This document shows, one piece after another, positions 46,170 through 54,835 of a stretch of DNA of 64,000 nt (the stretch's first letter is position 1; the number at the start of each line of letters is the position of its first letter). The stretch is from a virus. The stretch is taken from the IMG/VR virus record IMGVR_UViG_3300005366_000002, positions 32,001 through 96,000 of that record; one strand, written 5' to 3'. Under the pieces are notes generated by a model, which did not search any database, was not told the origin of the DNA, and saw only the letters and a list, made by a program, of their open reading frames with translations. The translations under genes were made by a program, and so were the position numbers.

Positions 46170-46597
46170 TGGTCAGGAAGGTCGATGGTTGCGCGGTAGA
46201 CGAGTGACACGTAGGCCCTGCAGAACGCGACGAGTCGTGTGGGCCCGTAGCACATGATCTCCAAGTCCTTGCCTGTCGATCGTCCATTGTAGACGCGGAT
46301 CTCGCAGCACTGAATCCGGCCGTGCTGAGTCTCGGCATGCCAGAACGAGACGCCATCGAGGGCCTCGATGATCGGACCTGCCCAGTCCCAATCCTTCGTG
46401 GGCTTGAACGGAACGAACTCACCTTCGCTGTCGTAGCCGAGGCCGTGGAAGTTCTTGCCCAGGGAGTAGACCCTGTATTCACCGCTGCCAAGACGGCCAA
46501 CGCTGAAGAACGGCGCACCTTCACGCTGACCGTAGACGAGGGCGACGGCCGCGTCCAGTGCCGAGCCCTCCATGTGAATCACCAGATGTTCGCTCAT
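46166..46597 (-). CDS. DUF2591/NinX-like phage protein
   Basis: MEGSALDAAVA...FKPTKDWDWAGPIIE...GPTRLVAFCRAYV. Confidence 0.65.
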   Translation of the reverse strand: MSEHLVIHMEGSALDAAVALVYGQREGAPFFSVGRLGSGEYRVYSLGKNFHGLGYDSEGEFVPFKPTKDWDWAGPIIEALDGVSFWHAETQHGRIQCCEIRVYNGRSTGKDLEIMCYGPTRLVAFCRAYVSLVYRATIDLPDQ

Positions 46598-47913
46598 ACG
46601 TCCGCCAGATTTGCCATGGTCTCGGAGCTCTCTGTTGATGTGTCCGGCATCGACTCGACGGGCATGACACGCATCCACGCCCAGTGGAAGCCGACCTCGA
46701 ACGGATAGGAGCCGCTGTTGCGCGCCTTCGGTTGCTCGACCTTGATTCGGCCGATCTCCTTCTCGCGCTCTTCCTTCTTCGTGACCCAGATCCACGAGTT
46801 GTTCGAGTGCTCGCTGATGGCCTGCGCGTAGCGGATCTTGCCGTCCTGGTTGACCTGACACAGCAGCACGTTGACCGTGTTGGTGTTGTCCGCGTTGATC
46901 TTCGCAGTGCGAGCGATCGCACCCAGGGCCTGCCACGAGTCCTCACCGGTCGTGCCCTTCAGCAGCGAGATGTAGTCGATGATCCGCACGTCGCAGTCGT
47001 AAGCGTTGACCGCGGCCAGCACGTCCTCGATCGACACGTCCTCGTCCGGCTTGTAGATCGTGAGGCGGCCGCCCTTCTTCGCGATGTGCTTCATCCACCG
47101 CTGGAACTTGGCGTACCCTGCATCGCGTTCGACGTCGGTCAGCTTGCCGGTCAGGATCCGCGTGACGTCCACCTTGTTGAGGTTGGCGCCGATGCGGCTC
47201 ATCATCTCGTCCTTGGTCATCTCCAGAGGGACGATCACGACCTTGTAGCCCTGCTGCGCGATGTTCATCGCGAGCTGACAGGCCAGCAACGACTTGCCAC
47301 CACCGGACGAGGCGCCGACGGTGAACAGGCCGCCGCGAAGCAGACCGCCAGAGCGCTCGTCGAACGGTCCGATCATCGTGGGGATCACGTTCTCGGTCTT
47401 GTCACCGTAGAACAGGTTCTTGACGGCCTCACGGCTGTTGTTGTTCAGCCCGAAGTGCAGGAAGTTGTTCTTCTGCGACTTGTTGGCCCGAGCCGAAGCG
47501 ATGGTCGACGACGCCTGCTCCATCAGCTTGTCGATATCGCACTTCGATCCGCTCATCGCTTCGTCGATGGCGAACTTCAGCTCGTTCATCATCCGGTACT
47601 GCCGGTACGTGCTGAGGATCTTGACGGCCTTGCGCGCGTCGTCCTTCGTCTGGATCGCTGCCTCCGAGTCGCGGAAGAACGACCGCGCTTCCTCAGACAG
47701 GTCAGGGTCGGAGATCACCAGCTTGTAGAGCGGCGGCTCACCGGTGTCGACCATCTGCTTGCGGATGGCCTTCAGCACCTCCTTCGATTCGGGCGCGTCG
47801 AAGAACGACTCGTCCACCGAGCTGAGAATCGAACCGGCGATGACGCGGTTCTTGTTTGTCATCCCCCGCAGAACCATGAGTTCGGTGCGGGGGCTTACGG
47901 TCTTGACTGCCAT
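46594..47913 (-). CDS. replicative DNA helicase (DnaB/gp41-like)
   Basis: GASSGGGKS Walker A, PLEM, IIDYISL, LLCQVN, QPKARN. Confidence 0.88.
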   Translation of the reverse strand: MAVKTVSPRTELMVLRGMTNKNRVIAGSILSSVDESFFDAPESKEVLKAIRKQMVDTGEPPLYKLVISDPDLSEEARSFFRDSEAAIQTKDDARKAVKILSTYRQYRMMNELKFAIDEAMSGSKCDIDKLMEQASSTIASARANKSQKNNFLHFGLNNNSREAVKNLFYGDKTENVIPTMIGPFDERSGGLLRGGLFTVGASSGGGKSLLACQLAMNIAQQGYKVVIVPLEMTKDEMMSRIGANLNKVDVTRILTGKLTDVERDAGYAKFQRWMKHIAKKGGRLTIYKPDEDVSIEDVLAAVNAYDCDVRIIDYISLLKGTTGEDSWQALGAIARTAKINADNTNTVNVLLCQVNQDGKIRYAQAISEHSNNSWIWVTKKEEREKEIGRIKVEQPKARNSGSYPFEVGFHWAWMRVMPVESMPDTSTESSETMANLADV

Positions 47914-47934
47914 TGGCTTCCTCTCGTTGACAGT

Positions 47935-47941
47935 CTATTTA
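47935..47941 (-). promoter_or_regulatory. putative middle promoter motif TAAATAG
   Basis: 21 nt upstream of helicase start; overlaps upstream stop codon. Confidence 0.5.
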
Positions 47942-48673
47942 CAGGTCCAGCTCGCGGTACATGACGGACCCGTCGCGGGCGAAGGTGTAGAGGTAGTCGC
48001 CGTTCTGGGAAATCGACTCGTCCTCTTCGCCGATGTCGATGTAGACGCGGATGCCAAGGAGCTGGCCGATCATGCCGGACTCCTCGACCTCGGCGAACGA
48101 CGGCGGACAGCTCATGCACGTCATGATCGCCTTGGTGCACATGAGGCGTACCAGCACGCGCTTGTTGATCAGGACAGCGTTGACACCCAGGTTCGACGAC
48201 AGTGCCTGGAAAGCGCCCAGCGAGAACGTGAGAGGGAGGCCGCGCAATGCATCCTGGGAGCGCATCTTGGCGCGCAGCTCCTGCATGGTCGTCCGCTTGA
48301 CCATCGGGTACTCGACGAAGTAGGTGCCGCCGCCCACCGCGTGGTTCTTGACGACCAGCGCGCTCATGTGGGACACGAAGCGGCTCTCGGGCGTCAGGTA
48401 GGCGTCGGTCAGCATCTGGGTGTCGCCGATGTGGCCGATCTGGCCTTGCAGGACATGTCCGTTGTCCGCCGACTGGCGGATCATGCGGATCGTCAGCTCC
48501 TGCGAGCACATGAGCTCCCAGAGGCCGGCACCGACGACGATCGCTTCGACCTCGTCGTCTTCGGCCAGCTTCTTCAGGAGATCACGCGACCAGAACTGCG
48601 GCTCGGACTTCACGATGTCCTTGCCGTAGGTACGAGCTTCGAACTCGACGAGGGGTTTGACTTGAGCATTCAT
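47939..48673 (-). CDS. protein made of two MCP-like segments
   Basis: aa 43-100 align without gaps to MCP aa 237-294; second copy contains GMIGQLLGIRVYID. Confidence 0.6.
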   Translation of the reverse strand: MNAQVKPLVEFEARTYGKDIVKSEPQFWSRDLLKKLAEDDEVEAIVVGAGLWELMCSQELTIRMIRQSADNGHVLQGQIGHIGDTQMLTDAYLTPESRFVSHMSALVVKNHAVGGGTYFVEYPMVKRTTMQELRAKMRSQDALRGLPLTFSLGAFQALSSNLGVNAVLINKRVLVRLMCTKAIMTCMSCPPSFAEVEESGMIGQLLGIRVYIDIGEEDESISQNGDYLYTFARDGSVMYRELDL

Positions 48674-49251
48674 CAGATGATCTCCTGGACTTGCTTCACG
48701 CTGGTGTTGGCGAAGTAGGCGATGCCGTGGCAGGGCACGTGCAGCCGCGTTTGGGCAAACGAAATCGGGTCTTCGCCGGCGACGACCACGATCTTGGGAA
48801 CCGACGAGAACCGCTCGATGATGTCGCGGGCCTTGTCGTACTTGAGGTAGTTGGACTTCGTGCTCAGGTTCGAGATCACGATTATCGACGGACTGAGGTC
48901 ACGCTTGAGGATCGGGTTGTCATAGCCGTTGAAGACCGGCTCCCAGATCGGGTCGGCGTTGATGCCGAGGCGCAGCCTGTGGATCTCGACCAGGTAGGCC
49001 GCGAAATACTTGGCCTTCTCGTCGTCCGGTGATCCAGCAACAACGTAGGTCAGCGGAGTCCTCGGCGACCTGGTGAACAGGTCCAGCGAGTTCTGCTGTA
49101 CCTTGGCTTCGATGATCTTCTTCTCGCGCCGCGAGCTCTCGGTCATGAAAGCCTTCGGCTCCCAGAGCAGGCGCTTGCGACGGAACGCCGTGCAGTCCGG
49201 GAACATGGCGAGTGTGTCTCTCCCGACCTTGATGTAGTTCTTCTCGGTCAC
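48673..49251 (-). CDS. hypothetical replication-cluster protein (possible degenerate P-loop/loader fold)
   Basis: coupled ORF; alpha/beta pattern without an intact Walker A. Confidence 0.5.
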   Translation of the reverse strand: MTEKNYIKVGRDTLAMFPDCTAFRRKRLLWEPKAFMTESSRREKKIIEAKVQQNSLDLFTRSPRTPLTYVVAGSPDDEKAKYFAAYLVEIHRLRLGINADPIWEPVFNGYDNPILKRDLSPSIIVISNLSTKSNYLKYDKARDIIERFSSVPKIVVVAGEDPISFAQTRLHVPCHGIAYFANTSVKQVQEII

Positions 49252-49421
49252 TTCTTCGGCTCCCTGATGATCACGGTATGAGCGTTGAGCCTGCCGCTGA
49301 TGCTCGAGGGCTTCTGGTAGGTGAACAGGACGTGTCGCACGTCCTTACCAGCGCAGAACGCACAGCCACCGAACACCTTCGGGAACATCGAAGACAGGCA
49401 TCGCCCGCATTGCATCTTCAT
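49248..49421 (-). CDS. small Zn-ribbon protein
   Basis: MKMQCGRC...CAFC; GGAGGAG RBS. Confidence 0.5.
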   Translation of the reverse strand: MKMQCGRCLSSMFPKVFGGCAFCAGKDVRHVLFTYQKPSSISGRLNAHTVIIREPKK

Positions 49422-49429
49422 GGCTCCTC

Positions 49430-50959
49430 CTAGAGCTCGAACTTGGTGCCCATACCGGGCCGATCCTTCGCCTTGAAGTAGGCATCCAGCAGCGCCTGGT
49501 CCCGCTCGCCGATGTGCGGCTTGAGCTTGGGCTTCAGCACGTTGAAGAACTCGTTGCGCAGGCAGTTCCGGCGCACGTTCATGTTGTCGAGGAACAGGCG
49601 GATGACCGGCTGCGGCTTGTCGTCCATGGCGGTCAGCACGCGCATCATCCGCTGCTCCGCGTTCTCCTTGTTCGACGACATGGAGACCTCGTAGAGCATC
49701 GAGGCCCGCGGGATGTTGAGGCCGACGGACAGCTTCTTGGTCGTGCCCACCAGGATCTTCACGCGGTACTGGGTGGCCCTGGCCAGCGTCTCGTCCAGGA
49801 TCTCCTTCTTGATCCCACCGTAGTACGGGTACGCGACCTTGCGACCTGCCAGCCGGTTGATCTCGTCGATGCACTTCTGCACCGGCTTGACCTGCGTGAA
49901 CGGGATCATGACGAGGTGACCAGCCTCCATGTCCTTGACGGCCATGCGCGCGATCAGCTTGATCCGGTCCTTGTCGTTCTCCAGCGAGGAGACCATACGT
50001 GTCCACGGCACGTTGCCCTTGTAGGTCTTCACGTACTTGGTCGCCGTGACCTTGACCACCGGGCGCAGGCGTTCGACGATGACCTCGTGGATGATTCGAC
50101 CGACGACGTGACGGACCAGCACGAACTTGGCATCCTTGCGCGACGGAGTAGCCGACAGGCCGATCATCCAGCGCACGTTGAACTTGGCGAGGATGCCGAT
50201 GTAGCGATCAGCGGCACCCATGTGGCATTCGTCGATGAACATGACCTCGAACTCATCGCGCAGTTCATCGAGGATCTTCTGGCCCTTGTCCGAGTAGAAC
50301 AGGTTTGGCGTGCAGAGGCAGATGTCGTGGGTCTTGAAGTCCTCGAGGGTCTTGCACAGCTTGATCCGCTTCGGGTCGATGTCCGTCAGCTTGGGCGCCT
50401 TCTTCTTCGGGTTGCCGAGGAAGGTGTCGATGAAGCCGTTGAGCCACTCGCGCTGACCAGCGATGATCAGCGTCTTCCGCGAGAGCCGGCAGATGGTGGC
50501 AGTGCCACTGACGGTCTTGCCGGACCGCGGAGGCGCTTTCATCACGCCCTTCTTCTTGCGGATCATCGTCTCGACGGCCTCTTCCTGGCCTTCGCGGAAC
50601 GACCCTGTGAACTTGATCGGCTTGATCGGCTTGCGTGGGCTCTTGTCCCGAAGGTTGATCTCGTAGCCCTTGGCCTCCAGCAGGTGCTCGATCACCGGGT
50701 ACGACCCGACCGGCACCTTCAGGTACTTGTTCTCGCCGACCTTCTGCACCGTGCCCAGCTCGTAGCCGCTCTTGAACGCTGGACAGTTGTCGCAGATGTC
50801 GCAGTGCCGCTCCGCCAGCCACTCACAGCTCTTGCAGGCCTTCTCCTCGTAGAACTTGAAGGTCAGCTTCTCCTTGATCCTGTCGACGGTCGGCCGATCG
50901 AGGCTCTTGATCGGGATGAACACGCCTTCGCGCTTGGTGACGGTGAGTTCCTTGGTCAT
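49430..50959 (-). CDS. SF2 DNA helicase (UvsW-like)
   Basis: APPRSGKT, IDECH, GLSATP, SVGLNIP, EQRMMRV. Confidence 0.85.
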   Translation of the reverse strand: MTKELTVTKREGVFIPIKSLDRPTVDRIKEKLTFKFYEEKACKSCEWLAERHCDICDNCPAFKSGYELGTVQKVGENKYLKVPVGSYPVIEHLLEAKGYEINLRDKSPRKPIKPIKFTGSFREGQEEAVETMIRKKKGVMKAPPRSGKTVSGTATICRLSRKTLIIAGQREWLNGFIDTFLGNPKKKAPKLTDIDPKRIKLCKTLEDFKTHDICLCTPNLFYSDKGQKILDELRDEFEVMFIDECHMGAADRYIGILAKFNVRWMIGLSATPSRKDAKFVLVRHVVGRIIHEVIVERLRPVVKVTATKYVKTYKGNVPWTRMVSSLENDKDRIKLIARMAVKDMEAGHLVMIPFTQVKPVQKCIDEINRLAGRKVAYPYYGGIKKEILDETLARATQYRVKILVGTTKKLSVGLNIPRASMLYEVSMSSNKENAEQRMMRVLTAMDDKPQPVIRLFLDNMNVRRNCLRNEFFNVLKPKLKPHIGERDQALLDAYFKAKDRPGMGTKFEL

Positions 50960-51488
50960 GGGTTCTCGAGTTCTTCGGGGTCAGGGTGATCGTCGTTGGG
51001 GTCGATGCTGTCGAAGTGGATGACCTCGTTGTCGCGGTCGCGACGCGCCTTGGCAAGCAGCTCGTCCCATGCACGACGGTGGTTGAGCGCATCCGCACGC
51101 GCGAGCTCCAGCACCTCCTCCGACGAGTAGGACTTGGGGAACCGTGCTCGCATGGTCTCGGCCTTGAGCTGGAGTTCCAAGTCCGTCAGCTTGTACTCGC
51201 GCTTGCGCGCCGGTCGTAGGGTTGGACCGCCTCGTCGCCGCTGTAGGTTTGCCCTGCCTTTCCCTCCTGCTTGTCACGCAGCTTCTTCTGCGACCAGTAG
51301 TTCACTTGCAACGTGAACGTGTAGTTGCCGTACAGCATCGCGTTGGACATCCGCAGCGGCAGGATGAATCCCATGACCTCCAGATACTCCCTGTAGGCCT
51401 TGGACACGTAGCGCACCTTGGTCTTGCGTCGCCTGTTGGACTGCGAAGGGTAGGCGAACAGACCCTTCGGCTTGACGACGCGCTTCAC
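50956..51488 (-). pseudogene. hypothetical gene apparently split by a 1-nt frameshift near 51212
   Basis: codon bias switches frame at GACCGGCGCGCAAG; restoring one C joins ORFs 51186-51488 and 50956-51180. Confidence 0.45.
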
Positions 51489-52048
51489 AGCACGCGCCCC
51501 TTGCCCTCGCTGAGCAGAGCCACGAGGTCGCCCATGCGCTTGAGGGCGAAGCCGGCCGCGTCGATGTCCTTGATCAGCACGTCGATGTTGGACAGGAGGG
51601 TTTCGCCGTCGGCGATGTACTCGAGCGCCGGCTTGATGCAGCGATCTGCGAACGCCTTCTGCGCGGTGATCTGCCCGTACTCCTCCTTGAGGTCGTCCTT
51701 GTACTTGGTCAGGATGTGCTTGCGCATCGCTGCGATCGCAGAGCGGAGAGTCGACAGCCGCAGGTCCGACTTGACGCGAATCTCGGCCATGCGCGACCGC
51801 GCGCTCATGTCCTTGGAGTTGGCCTCCAGCATGGCCTTCGGGGAGTAGCGCGACTCGCCCACCATGTTGCGACTCGTCCGGCCGGCGTGCAAGCCCTGGA
51901 TCTCCTCGGTCATCTCCTCGATGTTGACCATCTTCTTGGCCTTCTCGTAGACGCCGATGAACTGGACGAACACCGGATCCTCGCGGATCTCGCTCATCAG
52001 GCTCTTGGTCCCGCCGGAACCACCGGTCTTCTTGCTTGTCGTTGCCAT
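51485..52048 (-). CDS. helical coiled-coil protein (possible UvsY-like recombination mediator)
   Basis: all-helical, close to the UvsW-like gene; function is inference. Confidence 0.5.
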   Translation of the reverse strand: MATTSKKTGGSGGTKSLMSEIREDPVFVQFIGVYEKAKKMVNIEEMTEEIQGLHAGRTSRNMVGESRYSPKAMLEANSKDMSARSRMAEIRVKSDLRLSTLRSAIAAMRKHILTKYKDDLKEEYGQITAQKAFADRCIKPALEYIADGETLLSNIDVLIKDIDAAGFALKRMGDLVALLSEGKGRVL

Positions 52049-52419
52049 CATTGTCCTTCCAGGATCTGTTGCATGTGGTCCGAGACCGCCGTCGAGATCG
52101 CCATAGCTCCACAGCCAGGGAAGTCGAACAACAGGAACTCGTCGCACCGTAGGATCAGTTTCCCCACATCGGCGCGTCCACGTTTGGTCTCCATGAAGGT
52201 CGCGATGTAGGCGCCTTTCGACTCGACCCGCATGCCTGACAAGAAGAAGTGACCTACCTTCTTGCCATCGCGCAGCAGGTCCCACATCTGGAACATGCAG
52301 ACCAGGTTGAACTTGTTGCCCAGCTCGTACTCACCGGGCTCTTGCGGGCTGCTGACGAGTGCATGCCCCTGGCCTAGCCTGTAGAACAGGCCTGTCGTCC
52401 ATGGGATTCGACTCTTCAT
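52048..52419 (-). CDS. hypothetical protein
   Basis: coupled ORF. Confidence 0.5.
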   Translation of the reverse strand: MKSRIPWTTGLFYRLGQGHALVSSPQEPGEYELGNKFNLVCMFQMWDLLRDGKKVGHFFLSGMRVESKGAYIATFMETKRGRADVGKLILRCDEFLLFDFPGCGAMAISTAVSDHMQQILEGQ

Positions 52420-52426
52420 CAGTCCC

Positions 52427-53500
52427 TCACTGGTTCAGGGCCACCAGCGCGTAGCCCCCGCTCAGCTTCATCGACAGGAACGCACCGTCGACCACGTTGA
52501 GCGTCAGCTCGTCGGAGGCCTTGGAGATCAGCTCCTGGATGTACTCGAGGTCGACACGGAAGCCCTTGGCCTTCGACGAGCCGCCAGCGATCAGCGACTT
52601 GACCTGACCTTGACCGGTCTTGACCAGCAGCTCGACCTTGTCGCCCTTCGTGCCCTTGCCGGACGAGACCTGGATCTCGGCGCGCTCCTTGCCGATGACG
52701 GCACGCGCGTTGTCCATGAATCCCAGCACGTCCTTCTGGCCGATCGTGAACGTGGTGGCCTTGACCGCCATCGCCTCCTTGATCTTGCCGCGCACGTCTT
52801 CGAGCGACGGGATCTCGTCCGTGTTCGGGATCGAGAGGATGACGTTGGTCAGCTTGTTCCGCACGCGGATGAACGATGGGGCGACCGAGATCTGGAAGTC
52901 GGAAGCGCCGAACACCTCGACGACCGCCTTCAGCGTGTCGATCGGCATGACGCATTCGAAGTCGCCCTTCACGTCCTTGTTGTTGACCCAGCTCATGTGC
53001 TGCGTGTCGTAGCAGCAGACGAAGCCGCCCTTCTCGGACAGCTTGACGCCCACCGGCATCCACGCCGAAAGGATCGCCGTCGGCTTGAGCGTCACTTCCT
53101 TGAGCGCCTTCTTGAGCCAGTTGGCCTGCTCGCCGGTCAGCTTCCAGTCCTTGGTCTCGTCCTTCGGAGCCTCGTCGGCAGGAATCACGTCCAGCGTTGC
53201 CAGGTCTGCCGAGTAGCCGCCGGCCGCGTTGACGGTCAGCGTGCCTTCCTTGTAGGTCAGCGTGACCTCCTTGCGGGCCTTCGTCGCGTCACGCAGGCTC
53301 TGCATGAGAATCGCGAACTCGCCGTCGCCCTTGACTTCGCAGGGCACGACGACCGTCGCGCGCGACAGGTCAGCGACCGAGTGGACGGTCAGACGGCCCT
53401 TGTTGGAACGGAAGGTCACTTCGCCTTCGAGCGGCGGAGCAGTCTTGGAGATCACGTCCAGCGCATTCTGGACCGCGTCGGTGTCTACTTGGATTTTCAT
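52427..53500 (-). CDS. DNA sliding clamp (DnaN/beta-like)
   Basis: 357 aa; MKIQVDTDAVQNALDVI start, CYDTQHMS, FRVDLEYIQELI; clamp loader in same module. Confidence 0.7.
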   Translation of the reverse strand: MKIQVDTDAVQNALDVISKTAPPLEGEVTFRSNKGRLTVHSVADLSRATVVVPCEVKGDGEFAILMQSLRDATKARKEVTLTYKEGTLTVNAAGGYSADLATLDVIPADEAPKDETKDWKLTGEQANWLKKALKEVTLKPTAILSAWMPVGVKLSEKGGFVCCYDTQHMSWVNNKDVKGDFECVMPIDTLKAVVEVFGASDFQISVAPSFIRVRNKLTNVILSIPNTDEIPSLEDVRGKIKEAMAVKATTFTIGQKDVLGFMDNARAVIGKERAEIQVSSGKGTKGDKVELLVKTGQGQVKSLIAGGSSKAKGFRVDLEYIQELISKASDELTLNVVDGAFLSMKLSGGYALVALNQ

Positions 53501-53540
53501 GGTCTAACGTGTGATGAGGTTGTTGAGGCGCCTAACGACT

Positions 53541-53547
53541 CTATTTA
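53541..53547 (-). promoter_or_regulatory. putative middle promoter motif TAAATAG
   Basis: intergenic, 40 nt upstream of the clamp gene. Confidence 0.55.
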
Positions 53548-53556
53548 CAGTTCCAG

Positions 53557-53619
53557 AACAAAGAAGGCCCCGGCAAGACAAGCTCACCAGGGCCTTGAAA
53601 CCCAGGCCGAGACCTGGGG
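53557..53619 (-). terminator. tandem hairpins/terminator after the structural gene pair
   Basis: on - strand CCCAGG...CCTGGG-TTT then AAGGCCC...GGGCCTT-CTTTGTT. Confidence 0.6.
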
Positions 53620-53630
53620 TCGTTGGGTTC

Positions 53631-54425
53631 TTACGCGACGGTCAGGTTCAGCGTGACCGCCGTGACCTGGCCCAGCACGTCGTACACGTTGAACGTGAAC
53701 GCGTAGGCGCCAGGGATGAGGTCGGCCAGCTTCATGATCCGGATCGAGTCGTAGACGACACCGTTGACGGTCGCTTGCGGCTTGCCGATCACGGACGCGA
53801 CCATCGGGGGCACCGTCGCCGGCGCGATCGGCGCGGGGTTCGACGTCACGACGATGCGCAGCGGAGCCGCCGTGCCGGTCGTCGCAGCGAACAGCGTGAT
53901 CCAGTTGAAGTCGAAGAACTCGCAGTCGCCGAGCAGCGACTCGTACTCGACGGAGGCTTGCCAGGTGATCGCGGCAGGAGTGGTCACGCCAGGTGCTCCC
54001 GGGTTGGTCGCAGGCGCGACGGTCAGGTTCATGCGGGTGCTCATGGCCGTCAGGAGCGTACCGAGGCCGAAGTTCAGGACCCACGTCTCCGCCGGCATCT
54101 GGTACCAGCGGAAGTAGCCTTGGTCAGCCGGCACCAGCGATGACGAAGCCCAGGGCTTGTAGTTGGAAGCCTTGCCTTGGCCGCCCACCGGGAACAGGGC
54201 AGCCATGTACTGGCCCACGCCGTTGCCGCTGTCGGTCGTGACCGTCGTGATCGGCAGCGTGATGTGACCGGCCGACGAGCTGTCCGGGACGTTGTAGGTC
54301 GTCTCCGTGCCGTCGAAGGTGTGCGCCGTGATCGGGAACCAGCCGTGGACACGACCGTCCCTGGTCAGCACCGGCAGGAGCGTCTGCGAGATCGAAGCCT
54401 TGAGAGGCTGGCCATACTTGTTCAT
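53631..54425 (-). CDS. putative virion structural protein (Ig-like, T/V/P-rich)
   Basis: composition; C-terminal GAYAFTFNVYD...VTLNLTVA; AAGGA RBS. Confidence 0.55.
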   Translation of the reverse strand: MNKYGQPLKASISQTLLPVLTRDGRVHGWFPITAHTFDGTETTYNVPDSSSAGHITLPITTVTTDSGNGVGQYMAALFPVGGQGKASNYKPWASSSLVPADQGYFRWYQMPAETWVLNFGLGTLLTAMSTRMNLTVAPATNPGAPGVTTPAAITWQASVEYESLLGDCEFFDFNWITLFAATTGTAAPLRIVVTSNPAPIAPATVPPMVASVIGKPQATVNGVVYDSIRIMKLADLIPGAYAFTFNVYDVLGQVTAVTLNLTVA

Positions 54426-54463
54426 CTTGCTTCCTTGGGTTGAACTGAACTGAATTGAAAGGG

Positions 54464-54835
54464 TCAGGGGCTGGTGGTGACTTGGATGTACTGGAGGTCA
54501 GTGCCTGCACAGCTGATGCCGCACACGCACTGGCCGTTGTTCGGATCCACGATGGTCTCGACGTCAGTACCGACGACCGCGGCCGACGTGACTCCGATGA
54601 CCTTGCAGAGGAACCTGTTGTTCCACGTGGCGCTGATCTGGTTCACGTCGTTCGACTCCGGGTAGAGGTCTCCCGGGATGTCACCCGTCACGTTCTGCAC
54701 GGTCACCAGCATCACGTAATCCGCGTCCTGCGGGCGCACGAACTGATTGCCGTCGAAGACCAGCACGTCGCTGCTGCCGAGCCCGAGATAGACTTTCTGG
54801 CCCAGGTACCAGGCTTCGATGACCGGTTGGCTCAT
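54464..54835 (-). CDS. putative virion structural protein
   Basis: beta-rich; ATGA overlap. Confidence 0.5.
   Translation of the reverse strand: MSQPVIEAWYLGQKVYLGLGSSDVLVFDGNQFVRPQDADYVMLVTVQNVTGDIPGDLYPESNDVNQISATWNNRFLCKVIGVTSAAVVGTDVETIVDPNNGQCVCGISCAGTDLQYIQVTTSP

Noticed and set aside
51140-51180. LQLKAETMRARF as a tag on the - strand
   Set aside because: Spacing does not fit, and it is probably internal to a frameshifted gene rather than N-terminal.
54440-54462. TTCAATTCAGTTCAGTTCA upstream of the 54425 gene as a late motif copy
   Set aside because: Matches only CAATT and lies in a short GTTCA repeat; too degenerate to count.
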